From Chrysomallon squamiferum (lineage: Eukaryota > Animalia > Mollusca): DNA of 64,000 bases. Shown here piece by piece: positions 1 to 15,417 of this stretch. A program made the position numbers and the translations under genes. The stretch covers positions 27,962,001 to 28,026,000 of the forward strand of contig CM022665.1 of assembly GCA_012295275.1 (NCBI GenBank). The letters are read 5' to 3'. The notes below the pieces were generated by a model. It had not been told where the DNA came from. It saw only the letters and a program-made list of their open reading frames with translations, and did no database searches. Position 1 is the stretch's first letter. Each line of letters starts with the position of its first letter.

Positions 1-749
1 CTTGGAGTGCGTTTTTCATTAACATGGCGTCACTGAAGTGGCTGTAAAAGTTAAACTAATTTTATCTTATTATTCGAAGCAGGCGACAATATTAGAAAGG
101 AAAGTGTTTCATAAAATTCCTTATGTAATTATGAAACTTGTATTATAAAAAAAAAAAAAAAAAAAAAAATGTTTTTTTGGTTTATAGATGAAGATAAAAT
201 GAGAAATATGGAAAGAAAAAAAAAAAAAAAAAAAAAAAAAAATGTTCCAAAAAAAAAAGAACGAAAATATACAAAGATAGAACGAAAAGAAAAAAAAAAA
301 ATAAAGAAGACGTGAAGAAAAAAGTAACTAGCCATCATCAACATTCTCGTCTTTGTTTACAGAATTAAGTGATCTTCACGCGCCCTGTTCACACTAATGT
401 CTTAAAGCGGTTTCACTAAAAACATTTTATCTAAATCACACGGAAAACAAACGTGTGAACCTTAAAACGAATTATCTAAATCGATTTGGGAAAATCGTTT
501 GAAGATGTGGTGTAACAAAGACTAGGACAATGCTGCAGTAGGTGAAGATTACTGTCACTGGTAAAGAACAATATCACAGCAGACTGTCCTTCTCGTTGCA
601 TTGAAAATATAAACCGTGGATTCGTTAATAACTCTTTATTAATCTAAAGTGATTTTCGAAGAAAACGTTGTCATGTACGGACGTTGTTATGGTTTGGAAA
701 CTTGTAAAGCTCTTGTATGAATCCTGGTAATAATGGTACTAACAGACAA

Positions 750-1021
750 AGTTTCATTTCATCCACTGATTACTGAAATTCCGAAAATGACTGTTATTAG
801 GTAACAGATTAAATTACTGCAGAGAACGATTCTAATCTGCGTCCGTAACATTCCTATTTTTACTGGCGCACTTTTTCTGTCTCAGTGGTTGTTTTATAGT
901 GTTTTTGTGTTTTTTTATTTGTCTATTTGCGTGGGGGGGTTTTGGGGGAGAGATGTTATAGTTTGTTGATTTGTTGGATTTTGGGGTGAGAATTGTTGTT
1001 ATTCTTTTTCTTTTTTTTTTC

Positions 1022-1060
<39 letters not shown>

Positions 1061-1443
1061 CTGAAATTAATTTATCTTGAAACTAATAGACGGCAGAATG
1101 ATGATGCTTTCACTTTCCTGAAATCCGGATCTGAGATTTTCTAAAAGTTAAAAGCTTATTATTGACAGTTTGGAACACAGTCTTACAGCCGAAGTGACAT
1201 CTAGCACTTTACAGAGTTTGACAAATGACTGAATAATATTACATCGAAATGTCGCTTTCTCGTCCTCTGATAAATGCATGCTGACTCATACATACAACTG
1301 AAAACGAAAGAAAAATTTAACACTCACATATTACTGTTATTTAACACATGATTTCTGAATTTTAAAAATATTTGTATATTTCGACCTCATCTAAACCATC
1401 CCCTCGTATTTTTATCATCATCATCGTTACTATTCTTCTTCTT

Positions 1444-1503
<60 letters not shown>

Positions 1504-2202
1504 TTATATATGTTTTTGTATCTGCTGAACGATATGGGTTTTATAAAAAAAAAAAGGTTCTTCGTATTTTTTCATCTTGGAGAAGAGAGTAGTTGCTGAA
1601 GACCTGAATGCTGAAAACAGTATAAAAGTTTTAAAACCCCAGCAAAGAACGCTGATCAGCTAGTTATATGGAAATTAGCATTCATAACACGAATGTGTAA
1701 AACATTATTCCATGATTAATTCGGATCTAGTCTTCGTGCAAGAGAAAAACAGAGAACGAAACTGTAAATTAACACTTCGCAACGCTTCACTCAGCAACTT
1801 TTTTAGCGGAAAGATAACATTTAAGAAAATTACTTTTAATAAACATTTTTTTTACCTTATTTTCCTACCTTTTTTATTATTATTATTCTTTTTTTTACTT
1901 GCAGTAGAGAAGCAGAAAAATGTGTTCTTGGTTTCTGAATAGATTAAAAAATAGCAGTTTCTAAAAACGATCCTCGCATCTATATAAGCATTAATACTGG
2001 AACAGTATACCAACTGTAAAAGGTTTTTTTATTTCACTCTAGGTTTCGTACCGTCCAAATAGGTATTTAAAATATTTAGTAGCCAGCGGCAGCTTACCTC
2101 TCCATCAGGATTAATTTGGTAATTACAAAACGTGTCGTTTTAGGTCTACAGGGATTTCAGGTTTTATTTATTTATCTTCCTTTTTTTGCAGGAAAACGAA
2201 AC
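750..2202 (+). promoter_or_regulatory. Putative promoter of IFI44-like copy A with ISRE/IRF-E-like sites, an AP-1 site and a TATA box
   Basis: AGTTTCATTTC 750-760; GCTTTCACTTTCC 1106-1118 (GGAAAGTGAAAGC on the minus strand); TGACTCA 1282-1288; GAAAACGAAAG 1300-1310; TATATAAG 1981-1988, followed by a donor-like AG|GTATTT at ~2062; GAAAACGAAAC 2192-2202. These are motif matches only. Confidence 0.45.
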
Positions 2203-2244
2203 AAAAAAGTGGAAAATCGTGACAAAGTAAAAATCAACGCCACA

Positions 2245-2909
2245 ATGGCGAAATCCTTGAAAGCTGGGGACAAAAAGCAGCTGTCGAAATGGATTGGTGG
2301 AAACAAAGGATTGGAACTGATCTACCAGGCGTCACGTGACGGCTGCAGTGCCCAATCCTTTCACAAAAAGTGTGACAACAAGGGACCAACACTAGTGGTT
2401 CTCTACAACACGGCAAACTGTGTATTCGGTGGTTATACATCAGCCAACTGGAACACGACAGCGGGATACGTCAATGACCCTCACGCGTTTCTGTTCAGAT
2501 TGTACTACAAGGGAAACTATGAACCTAAATTATTTCAGACAACTAAGCCCACGTACGCTATATGTTGCAATGGCTCGTACGGACCCATTTTTGGAGCCGG
2601 CCATGACTTGATTTGTTTCGGCACCGGCCCGTATCCAAAGTCCGGTCAGTATTACCAAGTGGGTGCCGTGACGGCGTTCGGCGACAGCTTCAATATGCAG
2701 GGTGAGACAGCCACGACGATCACGGGAGATAACCTACAGTTCACAGAAATTGAAGTTTACAGAGTGACAGGTACTCATTTTTAACTCGGGCGATAGGTCT
2801 AGTATACATTACGTATGTTAATGAAGTATAGGAAGTCTACAGTTGTGTTTTTGTGCTTGTTTTATTTTTTGGTTTTGTTTAGTGTGTGCGGATGTGTGTA
2901 TGTGTGTGT

Positions 2910-2976
<67 letters not shown>

Positions 2977-3044
2977 ATGGTTGATGCCAATACTGACATT
3001 GAAAAAGTTTATAAAAAATCAGATCATGCAACATTTTTTCCTTC

Positions 3045-3075
<31 letters not shown>

Positions 3076-4844
3076 GTTTCTAATCACGATCAAAATATTT
3101 ATTTCATTTCTAATTTTTTCTTCTTTATCAGACTACAGTCATTAGAACAAAACAAAAAAAAATAATAATAAATAAATAAATAAGTTAACGATAAAGACTT
3201 GCTGCTTCAGATTTAATCTAATTTGTTTTTAATATGACAATATTATTCAGGGAAGAAATTTAAAAAATAAAAAGATCGAAAGTAGGCGTCAAAAAGGCTC
3301 TGTTTTTTTAAATTTGTTACATAAATCCCGTTATTTTCTCATGAAATTACATTAGAACGAGTCTTTATCGTAAGTTGTTATTAGTTCTATTTTTAATTAT
3401 TACTTAAGTTGCCTTTCGTGACTAATTTGATCTTTTTACTTGTTATTAAATCAGTTTATTAAATATTAAATGAAATGGTATGTGCTGTCTTGTCTCGATG
3501 GATGCATACATACATACATACACTCACACAGACACACATGCACTAACGAACTAACAAGCGCATACATACATCCACATATTAGTACTAATTCTTGTTAATG
3601 CAAACTCTATAACTGTCATTTCTCGCATAGAAAAACTGAATTGATCAATATCTGTCTAAAACCACTCATTTTAAAAAAGAAGTTAAGTGTTTTAATCTTA
3701 TTTCCAAGCTCTTTACGACCTCTTCAGAAGAACTGTTGCGTTAGCTGACATTAATTTGTCAAATAATATTATTAAAATCGTTAATTTCTTTTTTTACTTT
3801 AAAAAAAAAAAAAAAAAAAAAAAGAAAGAAAGAAAAAGAAATTCAACGTTCAAACATTTTTCATGTTCATCAAAACAACACAGAATGAGCCAAGAAAATA
3901 TTAAATTAAATAAAAAGAAAAATATACTAAAGCATTCATAAAACTTCGGCGAAGAAGTTTTTTTTATTATTTTATTAATTTTGTTATATATATATATATA
4001 TTGTTGATTTTTTATTATTATTTATTTTTCTTCTTCTTCTTTCTTTTATTTTAAGCCTTACCCATTGTTCAACGTTATATTTTACTGTGTAATAATTATA
4101 AGTAAAGCCACTGCACGTCTGTTGCACTGATGACATTAAATGGTTGATGACCTGCGCAAGTCACCGCTCTTTATCGGCATAACCAAATCCCGAATCAAAT
4201 CTTTAACATGATAATATTAAGACTGAATCGTGACGTTATGCGTAAACAACCATTAGCCGAAAAGATTGGATTTAATTAGCCTCAGTATCCTCTAGCGTAG
4301 AACAGCTCAGACGGACATCGCTGATTCCGGCTAGTTTGCTCACTTAACAATAATTTTGGATTTACATTACTTTAGCTCGGTCATTTTCGAGTTCGCTGGT
4401 ACAGTAAAGAGTATCATTTAGTTGTACATACACGCGCTACAAGGAAGAAACCTAAGACCCCTTTCATAAAATCACCGACTCGGAAATCTTCGGAGGATTT
4501 GAATCGACCTAAATAGTGACGTAATGGTCAGCTGATTAACATGTGACAGCTTTTAGCCAAAAAAAAAAAATCCCAGATATCTATCCAAATATCCGTCTGA
4601 GCAGTTCTCCCCCAGAGGCTACTTGGGCTAGGACGTAATATAATAAAATAATGTAATAATTGTTTTTGTAACTTGAAATTTGTTAACAAGAGAAAATTAC
4701 TAATACATTTTTCAATTGATTGTAAATATATATTAAAATCATCCAACCACATTTGATTTTCTTTTCTAAAATAATTATACCAACAGCAACAACAGCATCA
4801 GGATTATTTAGTTTAACTGTTATCAAACTGTTATCTTTGCCTCT

Positions 4845-4923
<79 letters not shown>

Positions 4924-5296
4924 GGTGTAGTTACAGCAGTATTTTGTTAAATAAATCACTGTTACATTTTGACATGGTATTTACTCATCCTTTCCCCCTT
5001 CTTCTCGCTTTAGAAACAGTCTCCGACGTAAAACCTGTGATTGTGCCCACAACATGCGTACTTGAACGAGTTGGATGTAAGCACAATTAAATATTGTATA
5101 GTTCTAGTCTGTGTCTTCTCAACCTATTGTTGTCACAGCGTGCTCATACAAGTGTCTTTGTTCTGTACAAAGATTCGTTTTCACACATAATAGAGAGAGA
5201 GACAGAGAGGTGAAGAAAGTCAGAGAGAGGAAAACAGAGAGAACAAAGATAAAGAGAGAGAAGAACCCAAAGAGACACATTGAGAAACAGATTTGT

Positions 5297-5383
<87 letters not shown>

Positions 5384-5745
5384 TTTTTTTATTTTGTTTT
5401 TTTTTGGTTTATATTTGTCTTTATTATAATTATTATTAATCTTCTATGTATGCTGCAAATATCTGATTTTTTCTTAATTTCCTACACTTGAAGTTAAAAC
5501 TTAAATCGGATGCTAAACGGGTTCGCAACAATTTAGTTTATTGATCATAAAACCACATTATTACTCAACATGAGTAAATAATATATTACGTTAATTAATA
5601 AAACTATAAAAATGTGATAAATTTCAGCAGTCGTTTCTGCTATCGTATTTTCTCCATGCTATAAAATATACATCCATTAGCCATATTTATGTTTAGACAT
5701 CAACGTTTCTCATCATTTATTGATATTAGTATGGTCATGGATTTA

Positions 5746-5794
<49 letters not shown>

Positions 5795-6447
5795 TATTAT
5801 TATTCATTTCTTTTTCTTGTTGTTGCTGTTCTGGTCTTTTTTTTTTCTTTTCTTTTCTTTTTTTAAAATTATTATATTATTAGAATAGCAACACTATTCC
5901 AACCCATGTCAGGCTTCGTAATCTACCTGTGTGAAAGAAGAGTCTGTTTTCATTTTTATTTCTACTAAGACTACGAGTCATTCTTTCTTAACCAGACATG
6001 TGCACCAGATATGCATTCATCTAATGATTATATGACTTGTATTCCATTAAAAATCCTTTTAGAATTCAAGATTTAAGCTGTAGGATATCTGATTTGATCG
6101 GATTAATTATAGTTATAATAACATCTCGACCTGCCTTATATTCACGTTCTGAAATAAAATCCTTCATAGTAAGAAGATTTTCTTGACTTAAAAAGCATTC
6201 CGTTAATTCCTTCAGTATGTAATTATGTAATCAGTACTTGCCTTCACTTATCTATCGGTGACGTACTTATGCAGTTGCCTTTACCAGCATACTACTACGT
6301 TATGTCTGATTTAAAAACCAAAAATAAATGTTGTTGTTGTTTGTGTCTGTCATTTACTTTGTAGATTTGTGAATACGTCTCTGTGTGTTCTTATTTAGTT
6401 ACGTTATTGTCTTTTTGTTGAATTTTGTTTGTGTGTGTGTTGGTTAC

Positions 6448-6483
<36 letters not shown>

Positions 6484-9332
6484 GTTAAATAATCCAAAAA
6501 AATTGCAGACATTGGTCAGTCTCTATGCCAATATTATGCTTTCTATACTGATGGCCGTTTGGAATTTTCGACAATAGCATACCTGCATTTTCTCCGTCTG
6601 CTTCTTTTTATTATTATTATAATTGTTATTATTATTTATAGTACTGCTTCTTCTTCTTCTTCTTCATCCCGGCAATGATCAGGAGGTGAGTGTAATGTCG
6701 GGCGGCAATTCTAAAATTATCTTTGACAAAGATGTGCAAAAGGTTCATCGATCTTTTCCTTGAGTGGACGCTTTTGCTCTCTTCAAAGTATAAAAATACC
6801 ATCATTCCAGATCCGCTGTGATCTCCAGGCTAAAGAACACTCAGGGTTTCCAATCAGTGCGGCCTTTCTTGCATATCCTTATTTTTATAAACACGTTCTA
6901 TAAATACGTTTTATTTTTACACAGATGCTTGGTTATGAATACGAGAGAATAGAACACTTTGGAAGGACGTTATTATTAGTAATATGTGAGCGGAGGTTTA
7001 ATATTAGATGATTACACCTTTGTAGTAGCACCTTCTGATGTTAAAATGGCATTCATATACAAACCTGTAGCAAGCTTTTTTTATTATTAGAAGTAGCAGC
7101 AATCATTTTTTATGTGGGCTATCTTAGATAACAAAGTGAAATGTTTTCTGTGTTTAAACAGACTGTACGGCATAGCGAAGCCCACGGTTACTATAAAGAT
7201 TGACATTGTCTCTAGTTTCATTGCTATGAATAGTCTTATAGCAATATTCTTCGAAGATCTTTTTCTGTTTTTGTTTTCTTTTCACTGAACTTCCCTGTCT
7301 TGAACAGAATTATTTGTATTGGCGAAGTTAAAGGTGATGTCCAAGATAGGCGTGCTTGTACGGGTATATGATAAAAGCCATGCAAAATTCTCCTAATACC
7401 TACACCTAAACGTTCTAACTGAGCCTAGCACTGGACACTGTTTTACAAATCACATTGAGCAACATGTATCCATTTGTATCTTATTAGTTTATCCGAAAAA
7501 TTAATCTAGAGAGATGGCTGGTAATAAAACCGCCTATCTACTTCACTTATTAAAGCAGTACCGCGTCTGATCGATGTTAGGTATATTAGATTACGTTTCA
7601 AATTGAACCAAGCTGCATACAAATGACAGATTCACTACGCTATCGGTTTCTTAAGCGAGACGGATTGAATAAGGATGTTTGACCACACAGCTTTGATGGC
7701 AAAGACACTGCACATAAATATTGTCATATCAAATAAACGTTGTGGTTATTTGTATTTGTACGATTAGTTAGAAGTCGGAATATTACATAACTGATTTAAT
7801 GACTCGTTGTACACTGGCAAAGACAGTTAATAACGGGTTTTTTGTGGGGGTTTTCAAAACTGAATGAGTTTTTTTAGGGAGGTTTTTTCCACTAATAAAT
7901 TTATTTTCTTCATAATTATCCCCTTTCATCTTGACAGTTATATGTTCCATTCCTAATTTATGAATTCTCGTAACAACATAATTTATTTTTCAGTATTCCT
8001 TATAAGAAATGTGAAGTTAAATTTAACAATGCGAAATTAATATACAAACTCAAAGATACGTAATAATTTAATATCCAGTGTGTTACGTTTACTTTCTTCT
8101 TACATTTATTTAATTTCTTTATTATTATTATTTTTGTTTTAGTACATTTTATTACATTTTTTGTCGTTGTTTTTTTTATGGTTTTTATTTTTCATTTCTA
8201 TTAGTTTTACTAACAGTAGTAATCTGTTGTTGCTGGTAGTAATAGGAGCAGGGGTTATTGCTTGTTTTGTTAAAATTATTATTATTATTATTCTTTCACC
8301 TGTCCTTTTAAGTACATTTTTGTGTGAAACCGTCACATGTATTTCATTGAAAGCGACAGTATTTTAACATCAGAGTCAACCTCGTTTTCCAGTACACACT
8401 GCTGATATTCAGACACGCCATTCAATCAGTACAAACACTGTGTCCTCTGCTTCGCAGTTAATACGTTTACCCACTACACAGAGCTGGTGCAAATACTGTC
8501 TGTTTGAATAACGGTTGGAACTGGATATGCAGACTAAAAAAAACCCACATCATTACCAAACTGATCAATAACGGTATTTGTCAACGCACTGGACATTGAG
8601 TGATTGTTGGTCAAGATTAATTTGGTGGCTTAAATACAAGAGACCGCAGTGAGTAATCGAGATGGATTGATTTGACTGGAACTGCAGAAATAATTGTAGA
8701 GTTTCTGCACTGAGAGACTGATTAGCTGTTGTCAGTCAGGATAGCACCAACCACGGGTTTGAAAATTCCTATCCTGATTTACTGAGTGATAATTACATCA
8801 GAATATTACATACTCTAACTACTCACCTGCTTATTTTTATCTCAAAATCAACTGGAATGACAGTTATATATGTTCCGTGAATCAAGCTGAGACATGTGGA
8901 TATTCCACTTTTGAAACTTTGGTTTGTTTGAACTAATTTTATGATTCATCAAGACACTTGTAAAGAAAAGAAAAGAAAATGAAAATAAGTTGTTCATAAC
9001 GGTCCGTGCCACTTTCTTTTTCTGTTTTTTTTCCTTCATCATTTAATCTTTTACAATTAATTACTTGAACTGTTTTTGGTTGTTTTTTTGTTGTTTTTTG
9101 TTGTTGTTGTTGTTGTTGTTGTTATTTTACTTTTTTATTATTATTATAACTTTATTTTTTTATTTTAATTTTAATTTTATTATTTTTATCTTTTTTGGAG
9201 GGGGAGGTTGTTTTAGTTTTTTTCGGAGGGTTTTTCGTTTTTATTTCATGAATAAATGTTAAGCATGAGATAACTGTACAGAGAAAGAACGAGACAAACA
9301 AAGGGAGATGTGTTTGAGTGTGCATGTGTATG

Positions 9333-9373
<41 letters not shown>

Positions 9374-10205
9374 CGTGTTTACGTGTACGTGTATGTGTAT
9401 GGCGAAAGAAAAAGATTTTTGTACTGCAATTTGTTTATGTCATATTTACCACACGCCAGTCGTGCCATTTCCCCTTCGTTAGAATTTGTTTATGTCGTCA
9501 TGCAGAGTACTGCAGGCCGAACGCGCCATCTTTCCTGTCGTGAAATGTAATTGCACATAGTGTACTTCCTGTCTTAGTTTCACCTCGCTAATCAAACGTC
9601 CGTCCACTCAGACAGACAGTAACCGCACTGAAGTGGAAATTGTCAATCAAATACTGTCTCATAATTTCATTTTCTTATTCAGATGGCAAGACAATTCCGG
9701 ACGAACCATGGAGAAAGTTACCGGAGACCAGCACAAAGGTATTTGAGCACGTCTTTCAAAGTAGATTCTGTCACAACATTTAATTTGAAGGCAGTGGGGG
9801 GGGAGCTTGTATATAGGTATGTAGTTTCTTGGAACTTTTTGATACGTAGACTAGAGCCTGTAATTAGTTACTATTTTTAATTTATTGGCAGAAGATTGTT
9901 ATGTAGTTAGCCATACATTTTAATTTTTAGTCTGCGGAAGGTGGATAGTGGTTATATACACAGCTATATAAAATTTAATTTTTAATGGATATTTAAGTAT
10001 TTACAACATATGATTTGTAGGCTGCTGCGAGATCCAGGGTTAAAATATAAGAATAATGCATTGTAAGTCTTAAGAATATAGAAATCTTATTTCTATCTAG
10101 TAAATTGAAAAAATCTCCTAATCTCCTAACTGTCGAAGCTAGATTATAGAATTGTGAAGTAAAATTATCAAATTTCATACATACATACATACAAATACAT
10201 ACATA

Positions 10206-10299
<94 letters not shown>

Positions 10300-13200
10300 T
10301 AGTAATCCATAAAATAAACAACCAAATTTAAAAATGCTTTGAAAAAAAATGGATAATTAATTAAATCGGTACACTTGGTCACTTCGGGCAGTCTTGAAAG
10401 CCCTTTGTTTAGCTTGGTGCGTTAACTGGGTTCAAGTATCAGTCAAGTTAAATGGGTTTACTTGGGTCATGAAAACGCTTACAGCCACATTAACGCTCTG
10501 TTCAGCTGTATTCGGTGATTAGCATGAAAACATCGGGATTGCATGTCTTCCCTAGGGATTTCTACAGATAACCCGCCATCAGCGACAAATACAGCATTAG
10601 CACCGCGATGCAGAATCAGATTCGATTCATTATTCCTCAATTCAATTTAGTTTTCTCTGTTTTACTCGTCATTTCTTGCTCGGATTTCGTGCAGTTTGTA
10701 CCGAGGCTGCTCTGTAAGAAATATTTGCTTTGTTCTTGGTGCATTAGCTCGCAGAATCATTCTTCTCGAGGTCATCAGTACAGAAAGACGAATATCGTTC
10801 TTAACGTCACCATCAAGGAAATCAAAATAATTGTTCTTAACGTCATCACATGCAGTCCTGAATGGTTATTAAAATCATCAGGAAAGATTTCAGTATATCT
10901 GGTCTTAACGTCATTGCTATGAATACCAAAACAATTGTTGTTAGCTTTATAACATTAAAGACCAAAATAACTATTATTAATATGAACGCTATAGAGACCA
11001 CCACAATTGTTCTTAATGTCATCGCTATTGAGACTTAAAGGTGTTCTGTACCTCATCACATAGTGATTAACATATTTTTGGCTTAACGTCCATCTCATAA
11101 AGAGACAATAATTTTCATACGGTCAGTGCTACGTAAACTACATATAAAGCTTACGAACAATAATTAATTATTTACTATTCCAGTGAGAAAATGTATTTTT
11201 ATTTAATTAAAATAACAAAAATCAATTTTAAATAAAAACATGCAGGATTGAACAGTATGGTAAAGAAAATGAAGAAGAAAATAAGAGAAAAAAACAAAAA
11301 ACGATTTCAAAATAATCACGGAACCATTTTATTAAGTTTTCTTTTTCGCTAACGTTCAGACCTGCGGGTTTCCGTTCAATACTTTTAACAAATTAAATCT
11401 ATTTTTAACACCAGTAACTCGGTAGGCACAAATTTCGGCTGAATATCCAGTTTGACTGTATTATAAAATATGTCGGACAGTTCCGGCTTAAAACGGGATG
11501 TGATAGAACGCTAAAAACGCTTCTAGTCACGCACTATGCTTATCTGGGGTCCTTAGATCAGTTCACGTCATCTGGTGGAATACAAAAATTAGCGTGATCG
11601 TATCTAATTAAACTGCGCCTTGAAGACGAAGCGGCTTACAAACCTTTAACAGCCTTCCTACGATATGGAAGCATGAGAATTTCTTCTTTTTTTTTTTTTT
11701 TTTTTTTTTTCTTTGCATATAAATGAGAGAAAAAATGTTAATGGTTTTTTTTAAGTCAAATAAATGTGATGAATATGGTCTCCAAAGTTTTACACATTTA
11801 TTTTCTTTATGGCCTAGGAAAATTAATTTATTTCATTCACTGGTATTTTCTTGCTTTTAAATGCGAAAGCTTTAAGGTAAATGTTTTTAGTCTGGACACT
11901 GCTTTGTCTAACCAGAACAGTGTTGGGTATGTTGGAGACGTTGGACAGAGTAGTCACCTAAGTTTATATATTTAGGGTAAGAGGTAATGTATCTTTTAGA
12001 CGCTAATGCATTGACTCGCTGCAAAACATTCGGTACTGTATCAAAAAGTCAAAGAGTAATAAAAATTCATTTTGGAAACGAACTACATCACACGCAAATA
12101 TTTTTAAACAGAAACAAAAGCTTTTGGATTATTAATTCTACATTAAATTCAGTTTAAGACTGGCCTACTATGGCCATCCTTTTTTTTTAATTATATATTT
12201 ATGTAAGAAGCTATTTCAATAAAATATACCGTTAATACTTTTCAAAACGTTGCTTTAGCAGTATATTTTACTGATCTAAATTAGAGACGGTTATTTAATG
12301 GAAATCTTTGTTGCCTTGGAGTATGATATTGTTATCTGTAACTCTTGGTATCAGAAAATAGATTTATTTTAATAACCTTTGTTTCACTGTTATCTAGACA
12401 TACCTTAAAGGTTCATCATGATATACTTCCATGATCCTTTTAGAAGCTCTCCGAGATAAATCTAGATTTCTGTATTTCCAGCCTCGAGCTGTTTAATTAA
12501 CTCGGACATCAGTGCTTCACTCACTGAGTAATCTCCCATTCTATGGGAAACTGTTTTCACATCTATGGGAAGGCAGTTAAATAAAAGATGGCGTGCTGCT
12601 AATCGATAAGTAGCTGTTGGATTTGCGTTAACAGGTTTCTCCTTTCTATCATCATTATACAAAATGTGCTGACATGTAATAACCGTTCATGTAAGTTAGT
12701 AATACGTCAGTATATAATTTTTTATTTTATTTTTTATTTTTTTCAATTATTCTTAAAGCGGGTTCTTTAGCATACTTCTGGTACTAGTATTTTTTTTTTT
12801 TTTTTTTTTTTTTTTTCTGATTCAGATACATTGTACAGCTTAAAGCTAGAGTCATATGCGTTTTCTGTCTGCTTTTCTTGTTAATCCAGAAATATGTTGC
12901 GTGTATATTTATTTTACATGCAGACAGAAAGAACATCAAATTAGTCCAAGACTTCACACAGTTATTTAGTTTTAGACTAATTTTCTGTTAAAAAATGTTT
13001 AAAATCAAAAAAAATATTAAATACATGAAAAAAATATCAACTGATTTTGGATATTATTTTTTAAATTAAATTTAATGTGAACAAATGCCGAAATATGTCG
13101 AAGTATGTTTAATTTCGTATTAATTTTTATTTTAAAGTAATTATATCAACGTTTCTTATGTGACTACATTATTCAACCTTTATTTTACTTTTTTTTTTTG

Positions 13201-13936
13201 GGGGGAAGACATTTTTTTAAATAAAACGTCAACAATAGTAATTAATAATGAAATTAATATAAATAAAACAGCAACAGAAATAATAAAAATAACGATATCA
13301 AACAATAATAAATAATCATAATAAAGTTAATATAACAATAGTAATAATAACTGCAGCAGCAACACCAGCGGAAATATGACAAAAACGACCACATCAACAA
13401 TATGTAAAATGATTATTAATTTTGTTAATGATGGAACGAAAACCAAGACTACAATTATACAACACGAGGTCAGTAATAACAGGAAAATCTCTTTATCCTT
13501 TTTTTCAATTTTTTTATGTAACACTTACCTCAGGGGAAATTAATCCCTCACGTTGTATAGGTATATTAATAAAAGCATGAGACTATTTTAAACAGTTATG
13601 TAACTGTCTTATTAACAGAACCTCATCTCCACAACAGTTATAGAAAACCAAGCTGCCATTATTAACTTAATACATGTGATCATGTAACACGGAGAAAATG
13701 TACAAATAATGAAAAACATAAGAACTGCGTTTTTAAACAAACACCGTCTATCCTTTTGTACGAGTTAAAGGGAACGGGACACATTGTTTCTGAATTGTTA
13801 AAGTTATTATTAAAAATCAAGCATATTTAAGCAGTAACAACAACAAAAAACAAGACTATTTTTTTTTCTCTTTTATTTTTCTTTTCTTTTCTTTTTATAT
13901 ATATATATTTTTTTTAATTAGCATAAAACTGATTCT

Positions 13937-14031
<95 letters not shown>

Positions 14032-15383
14032 GTTTAAGATGCTGTACATAAATTTAATTAATTCCGAGTTTCCTTCTTGATAAATTAAATTTTATAGGTG
14101 CTGTTTTGTTGTTTTGGGGAACTGTGAAGGGAAAGAGGTTGACATTTAATAATGTTAGTACTGACTGTAATCTTTTCGTTGATAATGTTTAACAATTTGT
14201 ACAGGAGCTGAAGAAGGACATTGATGCTTACGCACCTCTTCCCGGTCTTAAAGTAAACCACGTCAACATCCTGCTCATCGGCGCTGTGGGTGCTGGGAAA
14301 TCCAGCTACTTCAACAGCATCAACTCAATCTTCAGAGGTCACGTGACTAGTCAGGCCTGTAGCGGAAGTTCGGAGCACAGCCTCACAACTATGGTAATTT
14401 CTTTTCTTTTCTTTTCTTTTCCTTCTATCTGGAGTGTTAGGCCGCATGTCCAATTTGCCTTAAATGGAAGCGATTTAGAATGCAGCGTTCTTTTCTGAGT
14501 CGATCTAATGAGTAATAGAAATAAGTGATTGATTTTCCAGTCCATCGGCAAATACATGTACTTGAATGCTAATACATGCCCTGAGCTTTAATCACATTAA
14601 CCTTAACGGTAAGTGCTTCCTAATTCATGTTAACAGACAGAAGTTTCTGTATGAAAACGAAAAAATAAAACTGACAAAATTGTATATATATTTTTTACAT
14701 TTTTCTGACCGCCGAAGTCTTTAAAATAAACCATTTGTTTTAATTATTTATGACGTGGTCAACGTATTACAGATATGGCAATTGAATTGATCTGCAGTAA
14801 ATATATTTTTTATAATGAATGCTTATTTTAGTTATTACTTATTTCTGAGACTTGCATATTATTAACATGTATAGCCTCTTTTGTACAGGGTAGTGTCTTT
14901 ACCATGAACATCAATTAAACCAGAATCTATTTAAACTGGCGTTAGAGATTAATTTATTTTCTTTCTGCACAGTCTTAATCCTGTTTAAAGGTCTAATAGT
15001 TGTTTGCTGATTAGATTATTTTTAGCAGCAATAAGTTTGTGCTCTTATATTCATACATTTACTTATAATTTATTTATTTAAACATGCTGATTCTCCAAAC
15101 ATTCTTGTAATTTCAGTATCGCATGTACAAGGTGCGATCATCAGAGAACGGTCATCCATTGAAATTTCGACTGTGCGACACACGGGGCCTTGAAGAAGGT
15201 CAGGGAATGGATACGAGTGACCTGGTTGCCGTCTTGGATGGACATTTACCTGACAGATATCAGGTATTGAAAGTCACATATTAAACTATTTATTCAAAAC
15301 TAATTAAAACTGTTTTTATTTTTTTTTTTTTATTATTATTATTATTTTATTTATTATTATTATTTTATTATTATTATTATTAT

Positions 15384-15417
<34 letters not shown>

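Noticed and set aside
21-47. AACATGGCG as a translation start
   Set aside because: It gives only a 7-codon ORF. At most it is a YY1-like motif with no support from context.
2116-2244. N-terminal extension of ORF 2116-2784
   Set aside because: It starts at TTG in intronic sequence upstream of the acceptor at 2191. The likely start is the ATG at 2245.
10788-11130. CRISPR-like appearance of the ~36-bp periodic repeats (also 35095-35450)
   Set aside because: The units are contiguous and degenerate with no unique spacers, in a eukaryotic intron with no cas genes.
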